Shown piece by piece: positions 19,466-20,000 of a stretch of 20,000 nucleotides of DNA. Position 1 is the stretch's first letter; every line of letters starts with the position of its first letter. Below the pieces are notes generated by a model, which saw only the letters and a list, made by a program, of their open reading frames with translations, did not search any database and was not told the DNA's origin. The translations under genes were made by a program, and so were the position numbers. The stretch is from Proteromonas lacertae (Eukaryota): contig NGBS01000610.1 of NCBI GenBank assembly GCA_002245135.1, positions 56,496 to 76,495 on the forward strand, in the 5' to 3' direction.

Positions 19466-20000
19466 TATTACCATGTGTTATGCTGTAGTATATTTTTTCT
19501 GATTTTTTGTTATAACTTTTCCATATTATCATCTAGATATACTAACATATGTTAAAAAGGATATATTATTGTGTATTATAGCATAATAGTCATCTACTTT
19601 TCTTATGATTATATAATATCATATGTTTATGCATATATACTAATTATATAGAATATACATACTGTATATCATATTCTGATATGCATATATATACATTATG
19701 TACATTTCAAGGTGATTGACGTCACTGAACATAAATGAAATTTATATAATAAATAATTTTGTATATTACACATATATCATATAGATATATTAAGAAGTAT
19801 AGCTATAGAATGGGTATTTTCAGTTAATGATAATCAATAGTACTTGTTATGATAATAACATAATATATTTCATAAACTAATAGAAAAACTATTTCAAAAT
19901 TACTATTTAGTATATTTTGCATACTACTTAATGTATTTCAAGCAATTATTTGAATATTTAGAAAATGGTTTGAGAAATTTCGAGCTATCATTTTGCATTT

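Noticed and set aside
1..20000. Alternative genetic code (stop-codon reassignment)
   Set aside because: In-frame stops fall inside introns or after frameshifts. TAA, TAG and TGA all end genes, and long exons are stop-free under the standard code.
1..20000. CRISPR array, transposon, tRNA or rRNA
   Set aside because: No spaced direct repeats, transposase or RT motifs, clear terminal repeats or recognisable structural RNA were seen.

Overview
AT-rich, very compact eukaryotic nuclear DNA. About 37 GT-AG introns of mostly 24-37 nt (centred near 30) and intergenic gaps of 9-300 bp suggest a Blastocystis-like stramenopile; this is an inference from intron size. Twelve genes can be reconstructed by hand: an intronless secreted metzincin protease that the ORF track misses, NOC4 head-to-head with NLE1/RSA4, a cluster of five divergent coiled-coil paralogs (possibly ESCRT-III/Snf7-like) with one unrelated SP-rich gene inside it, a DH-PH-FYVE (FGD-like) RhoGEF, an atypical MAPK, and a large CK1-FHAx3-cNMPx2-FHA-CaaX fusion kinase. 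The most striking signal is one homologous phase-2 intron in the paralog cluster, always followed by a 63-nt exon. It has minor-spliceosome (U12)-like signals with three different non-canonical termini (AT-AG, AT-AA, AT-AT or AT-AC) in three paralogs, is an ordinary 30-nt GT-AG intron in a fourth, and is absent from the fifth. Six apparent single-base deletions break reading frames and are most likely assembly errors.
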